This document shows positions 1 to 11,897 of a DNA stretch of 64,000 nucleotides, in pieces. Position 1 is the stretch's first letter. Each line of letters starts with the position of its first letter. Below the pieces are notes generated by a model that saw only the letters and a program-made list of their open reading frames with translations, was not told the origin of the DNA and made no database searches. The translations under genes were made by a program, and so were the position numbers. The DNA lies in contig NW_019091359.1 in assembly GCF_001949145.1 (NCBI RefSeq), forward strand, positions 3,832,460-3,896,459, written 5' to 3'. Source of the stretch: Acanthaster planci (lineage: Eukaryota).

Positions 1-130
1 ATGCTGGAGACAGTGTTAGCATGTACTAGATTGTACAAAATGCTGGAGACAGTGTTAGCATGTACTAAATTACATATTGCTGGAGGCAATGTACCAGTAC
101 TAGATTACAGAATGCTGGAGACAATGTTAG
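1..130. repeat. Minisatellite, ~37-39 bp unit (ATGCTGGAGACAGTGTTAGCATGTACTAGATT...), truncated by window start
   Basis: ATGCTGGAGACAGTGTTAGCATGTACTA occurs at 1 and 40, with degenerate copies at ~78 and ~112. Confidence 0.85.
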
Positions 131-2446
131 ATTAGATTAGTGTCTTTTAAGGACTTATGTTTGAACGTATATATCTTACAGTGTTGGACATGTGCTCATA
201 CTATTATTATTGTGGGTTAAGCTGAATTTTGGAGAAACTAATAAAATAGTCAAATCAAGAGGTGTCTTTTCTCTATCTCTTGTAAATTTCTCTTTGTATT
301 TCCAATATTGTGAAGACTTAGATCGAGCTCTAGAGAACAGATTTGGATGCAGCCTATGAATTTATCCCCCTCTCCGTTACCTCCAATACGATGTCAAAAT
401 GGCCTGTTAAATATATTCAATATGAATTACACCCAAATTTAATCATTACATTGAGTTGTCTTGACAGCCTTGTCTGAAACTTTCAACAGTCCTTTCCCTA
501 GTGGATTATTGGGAGGCCTGTGTCTCTGTTGTTTTTACCCAAGCCTGTTACAGTAGCAACCCTTCCTAATTATTAGGTGATTCCTCACAAAGCCACAAGA
601 TAAAGAAAAGGATTAGTAAAAATGTCCTTCATTTATTTCTCCAGATCCGTGGTTTCCTGTCCCGTTACCACAGCCTTCTACCTGCTAGCATGGCATTTGA
701 TATGTGTACAGCTTGCTCACCAATTGTGCTCAAGCACTATGAGATGGAGGGATTTGAGTTTCTCTTGCGTGCTTTCAATGAGCCTCATTATCTTGAGGAT
801 TTGACGGGTCTGACCAAGATGCATGCTGACACGGATAATTATGATGTGAGTCTGATAGTTTGAAAGTAGTTGGTCATTATCAGCATGTTAGGGTATTAGT
901 TAGTGCACAGCCTATGAGTGCCAAAGTGTGACATTGGAACCAAAAGTGTAGTACAAACAAATGGACTATATGTGATTGTTAGTTCATGAGATGGTTCTCT
1001 CACTAATGCCTACTACACACATAACTGTGTGTGCGATGTATTCATTTTGGTACCCTTTTGAGGATGCTGATCTGACTCTTCATGGCAACCAAGTGACATT
1101 GTATGTTTCAGTATTAGTCTAGACTCATAAGTTGTGACAGACAACTCTACAACAGCCAATTTCACAAAACTTGGTTTAACTTTGTGCCGTCCTTTAAGAC
1201 TGACCCACACATTTCTACTGCAATACTTGCTTCATCATATGGCATGATACGATGTCATTGCCTTATTTTATGTTGATTTTTGACGTTTTATTTTTCCCCA
1301 TATGTGATGAAGTTGTTACCTTTTGATATTTTTGCTTTGTTTGATGTAATGAGTTTTGTGTTGATACCACTTCATTTACCCGGTGGAGATGTAAGATAGA
1401 GTGTGTAAATGTTAGCCATGACATTAAAGTTCTTTGACATTGGCAAATTAATATTTTTGTTATATGCGGATTACATGTGCACTGTGTAGTCAAGTAATGA
1501 GTTGGGTAATGCCATTAATGAGTGTACCCTATTAATGGTATGACTTTTGATCTTCTGTTGTTAAGGTGCTGGATTTTAGTGATGAGGAGAGTATCAAATC
1601 CCTTGAGTGAAAATCCCATCACGCTATGCTGCTTCACAGATAGAATACCACAGTCCTTCAGGTTCATATCTGAAGATTGCTGAACAAGACCGCGGTTGAA
1701 ACTGCTAGAATATGTGTCTACAAAGCTTAAATATAGGTGATAAATTACGAGAAAGTGATGCATATTGAAAGTTTGTGCTTTGAAAACAAATAAACAACTG
1801 CTAATAAATGGTGTGATTTGTTGATTTTTAATTATGTATAACTCATCCAGTTTCTGATTAAAAGCCTTTAGCTCCCTCAAAAATATTTTTAAGGGGAGAA
1901 AATATGTGAAATGTAATTATTCATTGTGGCCAAATAAAGCAGTAGAAAGGAACCAACTGCAATTTATGAATTGAGTTTACAGTTCTATTGAAATAAAGAA
2001 GAAATGAAGAAAGCTTAAAGCAAGGCAGTAACTGTTTTTGTCTTAATGTAATACTCTTGTATCAAAGGGTTATACATGTATATATTACATTTTGTGTCAA
2101 CAATTAGTGTCATTCATTGATTATTAAGATAACCTTCAGCAAAATAACAGCAAAATCAAACTCTATTCATATTAGTCCCTAATATCATACAATGTAAAAT
2201 CTAGACAATGCATGAAACGTGAAACTACACATGGAATTCCATCTGATACTAAGCAGTTATTAGATCAGAGGGCAATGTGTTTTTTGCAGAATTTTCCCTG
2301 AAAGTAATTCCAGAACAGCATTTTAAATAGAAATGGAAATACCTGAATACAGAGGTATTGAAAGAAAAAGCAGACCGAGAGAAGGTTTGCAGGTATAGGA
2401 CCAACATCCATTTTACCAGTTCTTATCATCACAAACCACCACTCTG

Positions 2447-2728
2447 CAGGGGCAGATCCAGGATTTTTCCAGGGGGAGGGGTCAGGCCAGAGATTTTATG
2501 AAGGTTTTATGTTTTGCAGACAAACAGAAATTATGATGAAATGTACATTACATGACACACATTGTTTATAATGTTATTGGTGCACTTACTTTAGTTAACT
2601 TGTATTATATTCCCCATTTCTTTTATCTTCTTATTCTTTGGGGTGTTTTGAACCCCCCTACTTTTATAGAAGAGATCGATTTCAAATGGTGTACCCGCAA
2701 ACTGTCTCTCAGTGTAGCCTCCGGCATG
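2447..2728. mobile_element. Degenerate hAT-like MITE remnant
   Basis: CAGGGGCAGATCCAGGATTTTT...GGGGG resembles common CAGGGGCGGATCC-type MITE ends. The right end (TAGCCTCCGGCATG) is weak and no TSD is recoverable. Confidence 0.3.
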
Positions 2729-3028
2729 CAAACTTTCAAATCACACTTCAGAAAAAGCAGATTAAAGTACATGTGTGCAAATGTTCCTCATTTGATTAAC
2801 TTTTATGAACTGTCAGGAAATTTCAAGTGAAAGCATTTAATGAAATTAAAATGTATATATTTTATTTAAAATATGACTGATAAATTTGTGATTCCTCATA
2901 AAATGAATGTACCCACTATTAAATGCCATAGACTTCTGTTTTATTAACTGTCTTTGGGTTCATTTCATATTTCAGTTTCCAGGACATTATTTTAACCTTT
3001 ACAAAACCAGACAAAAGGAAATACAATG

Positions 3029-6000
3029 TTTATTCGAGAGGTTTAAATTTAATATTTCTGTAACAATCCACGATTATTGAACACATTCAAGTTAAATAAA
3101 ATGAACTTGTGAAAGTACTTCTTCCAGTAGATTTAGTATCTTTAGTATCAGTAAGTGACTTTATTTCAGGCAAAATGTAAGCTTTTTTTTAAATGATTCA
3201 TTTACTGTTTGCCAAGGAACTGAATTTTTTAAAGACAACTGTTTGAATGTAGTGGACAACATTCCTTTTTTATTGCTTCTTTATTTACTTAATCTTGCCA
3301 CTGAATCAGTTTATTTCCTTCAGTATCCTTTGTCATTTACAAAAATTTTTGAAATTTATTGATTTTATTTTGAGAATGAAATAAATTTCACAAATTTTTT
3401 AGCTCACATGTCAAAAGTGTCTAGTCCTTGATCAGCATTAACCACTGTTGAATAAAATGAAATTAAAGTAGATGACACACACACAACACTGCAAGTGAAA
3501 CGGGCATTACCAAACTTGAACTTCATATTTAAACAGTGCAAGTGGAGGAAACTAATTCAGTCACTACTGATCTTTCTAGAATTTCTGTTCCAAAGCATAA
3601 CTTTCCACAACTTGTTTTCTGTTCTCCCCTCAAGCAAACTGCAGCACTAATTGAAATTAATCTGAGTAAAATGATCCTCTGACATGAAACAGTGAAATAC
3701 TCATATAACGGCCCCTGGATGTTTTTTAAATCTGTCATGTTTCTTGCAGAGAATGGATACAGTCTAGCAAATTGGAAAAAATTTGGAATAGTATCTGCCA
3801 GCCTAAACTTGCAAAACATTGGCTCAAAGGTGTACATGTATAGAGTTAATTCTTACCTCCTGGAGTATTGCAGAACTAGTTTTTGCACAAGAATACTTGT
3901 GAGTGTGGATGACTGTGGTCTGGGGACCAATGCCTGATATTCCCTTTAGGCTCAAGAGTCATGTTCTTCAGCCGTCATTCCTTATTATTGATGGTTTTTA
4001 ACCTGCCTAAAAGCTCTACAATTAAAAAAGACAGAGAAAATAAAAGATTGTAAAAAATTGACTTCATTTGATTAAAATAAGCTGTAGCCCTAAGCAAATG
4101 TTGGTCTAGAATTGAACCTAAAGCTTAGGACTCCATGGCTTATCAGCCAAGATATGATCAACCCATTGTCTCTCACTTGTAGAAACTGCAATTTCGTCAA
4201 GTTCAGCTTATCTTTGTTTACCCAAGTCTCAATAATTAATAAACTGAATTCCAAGGTGTAATCGGATTTAAAATTTACAGAGTTGAATGTGAGAAGGGAA
4301 AAATTTCCTCAAGCATAGCTAGGATCCGAGTGAAGACAGTTTGATTTGTAAAAATAAACAGTGTGCTTCACGCCTGGACTTTCAATCAAAAGAATGCTGT
4401 AAATCTTTCCCCCAGTTGTCATAAATTTTCCCCGTCCAGCAAGCCATCTGGACTCATCATGCAGAACTGAAGTATTCTTCTTGCTCTTGTGTATCTTCTC
4501 ACTATACTTAATACCCTAACCATTGTCTGTTATAACATTTACAGTTTCCATGTCACAGCCAGTGGTGTATAATTTGAAAATGCAGTAAATAATCAAAAAT
4601 TAAATTATACATGCAGATACATTTATATGTTAAGGATAATAAATGTATCTAATTTATAAGAGAAAGGATTGAAGAGAGAAATGGACTTGGGGAGGACTAA
4701 AAAAGGATTGGCACAATGAAAATTCTAAAAGAAAGTTAGAATGCATTGAAAATTACATTCAAAATATTAATACATATATTTAAGGAATACTTTAATTTCC
4801 AAGTAAAATCATATACGTGTACACAGCCTACACTGTACACAAACATGTTCATAGTTCATGTTCATTACAGGTGAAAATCTACAAACAGGATATATGCTGA
4901 TGTGCTAGTACAGCATTACTTTAAAACCTTAAGTTTGATAAGATCAATGAAAAAATCACTTGCCAAATGTTTCAGCTAATTATCTCCCTTGAGTTCTGCT
5001 TATGAAACATTTCTCTGTATTTTTCATCTCACAAAGCCCTGAGCCATTTTGGGGTTATACGTATCTCTGGGGCTCTCAAGCACAGCATCCCAACCAACAT
5101 ATTACTATCTTTATTAAAGACAACCTTGACAGTATCTTTCCATGCACACTTGATTTCATATTGGTTACATCAGATTGAAAGGATTAGCCAAGTTGAATTT
5201 CTTTCATGTGAGTTAACAAGCCATCACATCTCTGTCAAGTTCAGTCCTTTGCACAGCTGCATGTTGGCATTTTCTGTTTACTCTTTCTGATCATGATTCT
5301 CCCTTCCATGGTTCACCAATGTCACTGATGACAGAATACCATTAATCATATTGCTATCCTGGGAACTATGGACCATGGTGTTTCCATCAGTGTGTCATAA
5401 TTGTTTACTAGATAAAGTTTCAATGGTCTGTGAAAGTTTTGGGGGCATTTTCTAATGGGACTTGCTAACAGGAATAAAATGAGCATGAGATTCTCAAGAG
5501 TTTGAGCAGAAGTGCTAGGAACAATTTAGAAGTCTAATGATGGGGTTGGGTAGGATGTGTCTGATCTAAATTGAATTGTCATTTCGGGTATAACCATGCT
5601 ACAACTGGCGAAGAAAATGTTCCACTATGACATGACACGATAAACTCTGCTGCATGACTAATATGAAAATCATACATTTAAGGAATGTCAGCTAACCTTT
5701 TCCTGTTACAAATCAAGATTCTTGTATTTCTTTCAAAGACATAATAGGTGCAATATGATGCCCTGAATATTTAAGCACAGATTGTGAATAGCAAGAAGGG
5801 AAAAGGGCCATTAAAATTGAGCAGATTTTTTATAAGGAACTCTAGTCCCTGCTCATCTTGGGATCTTTACACTGACAGAAATCTTGACGTGATGAATGCA
5901 CTCTGGTTCCCATGGTAGCATATTTCTCATTCCTGGATTTCCATTGGCTGAATACCACAGCTTGATGCCACACACCAGAATCCTCAAATCCCAAGATCAG

Positions 6001-9000
6001 ACAGCACTCAAATTGTCAGAATTCCACACGGCAACAACTGTTCCAAAGGGGGGGTAGTAGTCTGTGATAAAGTGATGATAGAGTTCCAACACGGATAACA
6101 TGTGGAAGTATTTGGAAAGGTTCCCTGCAGCTCTAGAATTCAATTTCTAGACAATGACTTTTTATAATTATTTACAAATTCAAATGTTCCTTTTCTCCAC
6201 TCTTTGACATAGGCCTACTCTGTCAGTTGGATAGACCTTTTTTGGTGTGGGATGAAGAATTATGTGCTTGTTAGTTGTAAGCCATTGTTCTTTTGAACCC
6301 ATTTTGTAAAATACATGTACATCAAGAAATCAACTGCCTTTGGTCAATCCGAGATTGGAAATTCATTACCCATTCTTAGTACTCCCCTAAGGCTGAAGTC
6401 AAGTCTTGGGTTTTACATCTCCATTAATACGGTAGCCATTATATGCATAAAACACAGAAACCTACACACATACCACATATTGTGAGGGGAAGCTACGAGA
6501 ACAGAGAAATGTCCTCATAGCTTGGTCCAGATTTGCCTAACAAAAGAAACCTGCGCGAAGGCCTACACATCTTTACAGTTGAGTTAGCTTGAACATTGAA
6601 CTACATGTGCATGTATGAAACTATTCACTTTTGAAGCACTTCATTACAAATTACTGATTCATTGACAGAACTGCTTCTATTCACATTTACTGGAAAATTT
6701 AATATCTCTCGCTAATTTTCAAGACAGGGCCTTATTAACTGGACTAGATATGCATTAGTAATATTTACATAAGAAAATAACTGGCTCTCACAAAAATGTA
6801 TAACATGCATACTTTATATCATTTACAAATTACACTAATAATTAACCATTTCCATCATAAAATGACTGAAGCATATCACTTAGAGATTCTATATAAGTGG
6901 GTTTTTTTCCTGGATTTCATCAGTTTCTCTCGGTTTTGAAATTATACATTAGTATTTCCATTTTAAGTTGTAAAATGCATCACAGAGAACACCTACGAAA
7001 TTATTTGGAAAAGATTTGTTAGATATAAAATATTTGTATTGTATACTGATATATACAATGCACATTTGCAATATATAATTACAGTTATATACAGAAACAT
7101 AAATGGATTCTGTGTCATGACATGGAATATAAAACTATGAATTATTGCTCTGCGAATTTGTAGCTGTCACTGTTACTTCAGTAGCAGAGTCCAATGAATT
7201 AAGTGTCGGCCCTAAAGTGTGCACTTTCACATTGCTTTTGTAAGAAGCAAAAATCTGGAAATAGATTTCTACTGCCTAATGCTTTCACTTATTGTAAGCC
7301 TCTAAATAATGACAAAGGCTTTAGTATCTTGCTTCTTTAAATACATCTGGATTTAAATTCAAATGAAAAGTAATTGATTTCAATTGATGCAAAATGCATG
7401 TATGTACGTACATGTAGGTATGATAATTTGGTCTTTCTTTCAGTAGAATGTATCGCAGCCTTAGAATAAAAGTAAAGGAAACATTGGCATTACAAAAAGA
7501 GATCATAGCTGAATAAAGATCGACAAAACACATGCAATCATTTGACATGCCCATAATAAGCCTACACGAATTTTCACAGTGTTTCTCAATTATAATGAAG
7601 AATTTTAGGAATGCGTTAAATATTTCACTATTATGTACACATTTCCTTTACGATTTTCTTTATCCAGTTACTTAGACCCTGCATTTTACAAAAGGCTCTG
7701 ACTGACAAACACATTCTTGAAATAACTCACTTTTACTATCCACATGATCCAAAAAACTAACAAACTTATTCCTGTTTATAATCCCACACAATAAATCAAT
7801 TTATTTACAAAAATAATCACTAATTTTTACAGAAATGTGTGCATATATTTTTCACACATTCACTATGAATGTAACAAAGGTTTCCTATTTAATACATTTT
7901 ATTGCCTACTACATGGCCAAAAGGCTACTTAAATTTGTGGGCGACTGAAGAAAAGGTTGGGAAAAGATTTGAAAAAGGGGAAGACATCTACCGAGTTTAG
8001 TAGAGGATACATCAGAATTGTTACTTGTTGATGGGAAACATTTCAGAGCATTCTTGAAGAAACTCTGGAAGGGTCATTTCAGTAAACATGCGAGGTATCA
8101 TGAAGGAACTAACACTGATTTGAAATCAATCGCAGATACGACCATTGGATTCAAATATATATATAAATACATTGTACAATCATTTATTTCCTATATATTT
8201 AGTGAAGGAAAAGGGTAATTATCTCTTCATTGAAATTGGTCATAATTTGTCAAGGTTTGTTTTCTCACAAGGTTACATTGAATATAACATACTTAAAGAC
8301 CCGACTGACAATATAAGGCTTCATTACACTGAATGGGCACTTCAATAAAGTCTAGTCAGAACATTCACAGTGGGATCACATCTAAAATAATGTGTGGTTG
8401 CTCATGCTTGTAGAATCAAGCGAACTGACAAAAGTATTGACTTTATGTTGTACACTCCCATGTATGCAGAAGAAAATCTTTCACCATTTTGTGCCTACAC
8501 GTACCATGTGTGTGTATACTGTTATGTTACATTGCATCTTCACAATGTATCTATGCTGTCTTTTTTACACCAAATCTCCGCTTCATGCATACATCGTGCA
8601 CTTACAAAAGAAACACATTTTCAGAATATGTTAATTTTTGTTGGGTCATAAATTACTGATACACTTATATTAAGCCCCAAAGCAAAACGATATGTAAGCT
8701 TGGTTAACACAACCATACTGAATTCTGAGTTTCCAAAAGATTTTGGCAAAATATGTTTGTTCTTATGCTTCACTGTATGCAACATGGCCATATCATTGTA
8801 ACTAAGATAATAATGTAGCAATTTCAGATCTTATTAAATCTCTAATGCATTATAACCATTTCAGTAAATGTCATCAGTTCAGTCTTGGATTCATAATTTG
8901 GGCACCAAGACGAAAAGGGCAGGTATAATTGATAATGCGACATACTCAGGCCATTTTGCGGGCAAACAAAAATTCTTGTGAAGAATGGTCGTGATCTTAG

Positions 9001-9377
9001 CATTGTTTGCTATGTGCCCGCACTAAGGTATATTTAGTCTTTAGAAACCGAGTGTTGCCAACAGCAAGTAACTCTTACAGAACTTTGAAGTTTCCTTTTG
9101 GTTTCTTTGACAAGGGTTTGGAAACGTTTTTACCTCTTAAATTCAAAATTTGTTTGATTTTTACCATGCAATCAAGCCATTCCTAATGGCATTCAATTAA
9201 TGAGCCCCATGACGTCTAGACCAAAACTATAGAAATCCACACGAAGTTCTTGTAAGATTTCCAATCACTAATTATACTATGCAAATGATGTGGAATTGCA
9301 CAATCCAGACATGGCTGATATCAACCTTACATTGTGCAAAAGAGTGGAAAATTGAATCTCTACTTTGACAACACGTG
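3029..9377 (-). other. VGLL4: Putative long 3'UTR of VGLL4 (distal end uncertain)
   Basis: Lies downstream of the TAA at 9378-9380 and is AU-rich with no recognisable TEs. Six sense-strand TGTAHATA motifs fall at 6169-7809. Candidate minus-strand AATAAA signals are at 7898, 5110 and 3029; the last is followed by a U/GU-rich tract. Confidence 0.4.
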
Positions 9378-9631
9378 TTATGTGGACATGACTGAGGTTG
9401 GATGAACGAGTCGAGGTGAGGATGGGGGTGACTGACTTGATGGTTCCATTACGTTCTTAATCTGTGGCCACTTATCACCTAGAGCTTTGGCAAAGTGGTC
9501 ATCTACAGACCCTGTAATCATAGTGACAACGCCCTCTGTAGAACTGGCTGATTTTGAGGCCCCATAGTTCTCCTTGTAATCTTTACCAAGACTACGCCGA
9601 AAATGCTCCTCAATCACAGGATCACAAACAC
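9378..9631 (-). CDS. VGLL4: Vestigial-like protein 4 (Tgi homolog), last coding exon with both TDU (Tondu) motifs
   Basis: Translates as VCDPVIEEHFRRSLGKDY...ITGSVDDHFAKALGDKWPQIK...MST*, nearly identical to VGLL4 TDU1/TDU2. The acceptor ttcag| gives a phase-1 entry. Confidence 0.96.
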
Positions 9632-10456
9632 CTGAATGACAAACAGAGGCAAGAGTTCAGTACACCACTTCTCTGTTTTAAAACAGATATTATTTTTAAA
9701 GATTTTTTAAGTTACGCGGTACACATCCAGAGTTACTAGTCTACATGTATGTTATTGTTTTACAGGCTCTGGTACAGTAAATCAACTTAATGTTTGTATG
9801 TTATTCTCCTTGAGCACCAGACACACATGTACCGGTATGTGTTCCGTTACCAACCTACCCCCTCAAAAGGTCACATAACTTGGGTCAAGTATTCCATGGA
9901 AATGTGAAAAACTGGTAAATCATTTTGTTGTGCCCACTTGACTAGACAGATGAATGGTTCACCAAAGGTTTGCTACTGCTGGAAAGTTATCAATGTGCTA
10001 CGCCCTGGTATGCAACATGAACAGGATAGTTAATCTACATGTACCTCTCTCTGGCTACTCTGATAAACATTTCTGCATTGTTTGAAGTGGTATATCAAAG
10101 AACATACTGGCACATATCCATATCCATGTACATGAAGCTGATCTAAATTCCAATACACATGTACTCTACGTTACATACACATGTGCACAAATGTCGTAAG
10201 TTTGTAAAGAAAAATAACATGATTGATCAGTTAAATATCTAATATGGTACAAGATACAAATGTCTGTGAGCCTTGAAAAATATCTTCCCAAACTGTGTTG
10301 TAAGTGTACCAAAAAAATTGAAATTTCCAAAATGCAGACAACTTGACAGATGAGAAACTCAAAAGAATTTTGTTCTGCATCTTAAAAAAGAACATAAACA
10401 AGAAGTTATTTTAAATTCAATTTCATATCACTTTTCTGGTCCAGTAATTGACATGG

Positions 10457-10611
10457 ATTGGGGTGCGGCATGTAATTTCTTCTTAGCATTGGGGTGCGGC
10501 ATGTAATTTCTTCTTAGCATTGGGGTGCGGCATGTAATTTCTTCTTAGCATTGGGGTGCGGCATGTAATTTCTTCTTAGCATTGGGGTGCGGCATGTAAT
10601 TTCTTCTTACC
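10457..10611. repeat. Near-perfect 31-bp tandem repeat x5 (ATTGGGGTGCGGCATGTAATTTCTTCTTAGC)
   Basis: Units start at 10457, 10488, 10519, 10550 and 10581; the last copy has one substitution. Confidence 0.97.
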
Positions 10612-10638
10612 ACGTAATTTAGTCTGGTTCTCACTCAC

Positions 10639-10946
10639 CTAGTGAAATTTCTCGGCGATGGCAATTCGTCGAATGTGTGGATGTAGATGATGTATATCCA
10701 TTGGTCTTCCCATACATTGGATTATTTGTGTTACAGAGTCCTTCCCGGATGCTGCCCTCTCTTGGCTGTGATGGAGCACAGGTGATGACAGAGGGTCGGA
10801 CCTGTTGTGTCTCCTTACCACTACCAGATGGGGTGGGAAGAAGGGTGGGAGACGGGGTGAGGTATGAAGAGCTTGGAGTAGGGAGTGCTGGATTCACATC
10901 AGGAACACCTGCATCATGGTCTTCTAATCTCATGGTTGTGATTTCT
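10639..10946 (-). CDS. VGLL4: VGLL4 internal coding exon 3
   Basis: Encodes ...KETQQVRPSVITCAPSQ..., the conserved VGLL4 RPSVITCA motif. Acceptor ttgcag| (phase 2) and donor CTAG|GTGAGT (phase 1) match the last exon. Confidence 0.92.
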
Positions 10947-11848
10947 CTGCAAGTAGAATATTAACCAAGAGTTTTTGGTCATGTCATTGATTTTTGATTG
11001 ACATGGAACAGATCTGTGATTGACATGGAACAAAACCAGCCAAACCAGGCATCTACTAGTATGACTTGCTTCCAATGAAACTAACGTCACAAAAATTCAG
11101 TCAAGAAATTAGACATTCTAATATCTCATCTTGTACCGGTATCCCCCAAAGAGGGTCTTTGATGAGAGTAATTTTACCAGTATGTAATTCATCCTCATTT
11201 TCTGTGGTGGTTTGCTTGAAACCTTCCTAAATCTTAAGAAATCATCCACTCTGCAAAAAAGAGGGTGTGCTCCATCTTCAAAGCATCCTAGGGATTTCAT
11301 GGGAAAGAGTTGGGGCTTGTGACCAATTTCATGTACATCCACAAAATGGTTGAATTCCTATTCAAGATACAGGTATAGATACTGGTACATGAATGTGTGC
11401 GTACCGGTATCATACACACACTCTATACGAGAACGCACACCAGCTGGACTTCAAAGACAACCGCCACCTCCTTTGGTAGACTTTGTTGACCGACTGAAAT
11501 GTCAACTATTTCATGCTGATAGTTGCCATTAAATTGGTTCCTTCCCCCTGACATAGGTCCACAGCCATGATTGATTGGTCCATTATCTGACTTTTTAACC
11601 AATGACCTTGTTTATGCGCTCAAAAGACTGAGCATGACAAACTGTATCACAGATGACGGGTATAGATGTATATCGAATGTTTGAACCCTCAGGCAAATGG
11701 ATATCCAAAATACAAACAGATTGTTCACATCAGCCACATTCATTGCAAGACGTCTGAAGATGAAAAACTATGAAAATAAAATCTGCAGATTAAGCAAAAT
11801 GCAAGTATGTACATGTATGTATTTTGAAATATCTGCTTGTGAATGAAT

Positions 11849-11897
11849 TTCTTTGCTGACACTTGTCATGGGCAAAGTAAAAAGTGTCAGCAAAGAA
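11849..11897. repeat. Perfect 16-bp inverted repeat / hairpin
   Basis: TTCTTTGCTGACACTT (11849-11864) and AAGTGTCAGCAAAGAA (11882-11897), separated by a 17-nt loop. Confidence 0.85.

Noticed and set aside
10457..10611. CRISPR-like array
   Set aside because: The units are contiguous with no spacers, there are no cas genes, and the context is a eukaryotic intron
10830..10857. G-quadruplex in exon 3
   Set aside because: The G-runs are the complement of Pro/Thr codons (TPSPTLLPTP), so protein coding explains them
11400..11760. Possible extra VGLL4 exon (GC-balanced block behind a good minus-strand acceptor at ~11754)
   Set aside because: All three frames from that acceptor hit stops; I found no phase-compatible donor and no VGLL4-like motif
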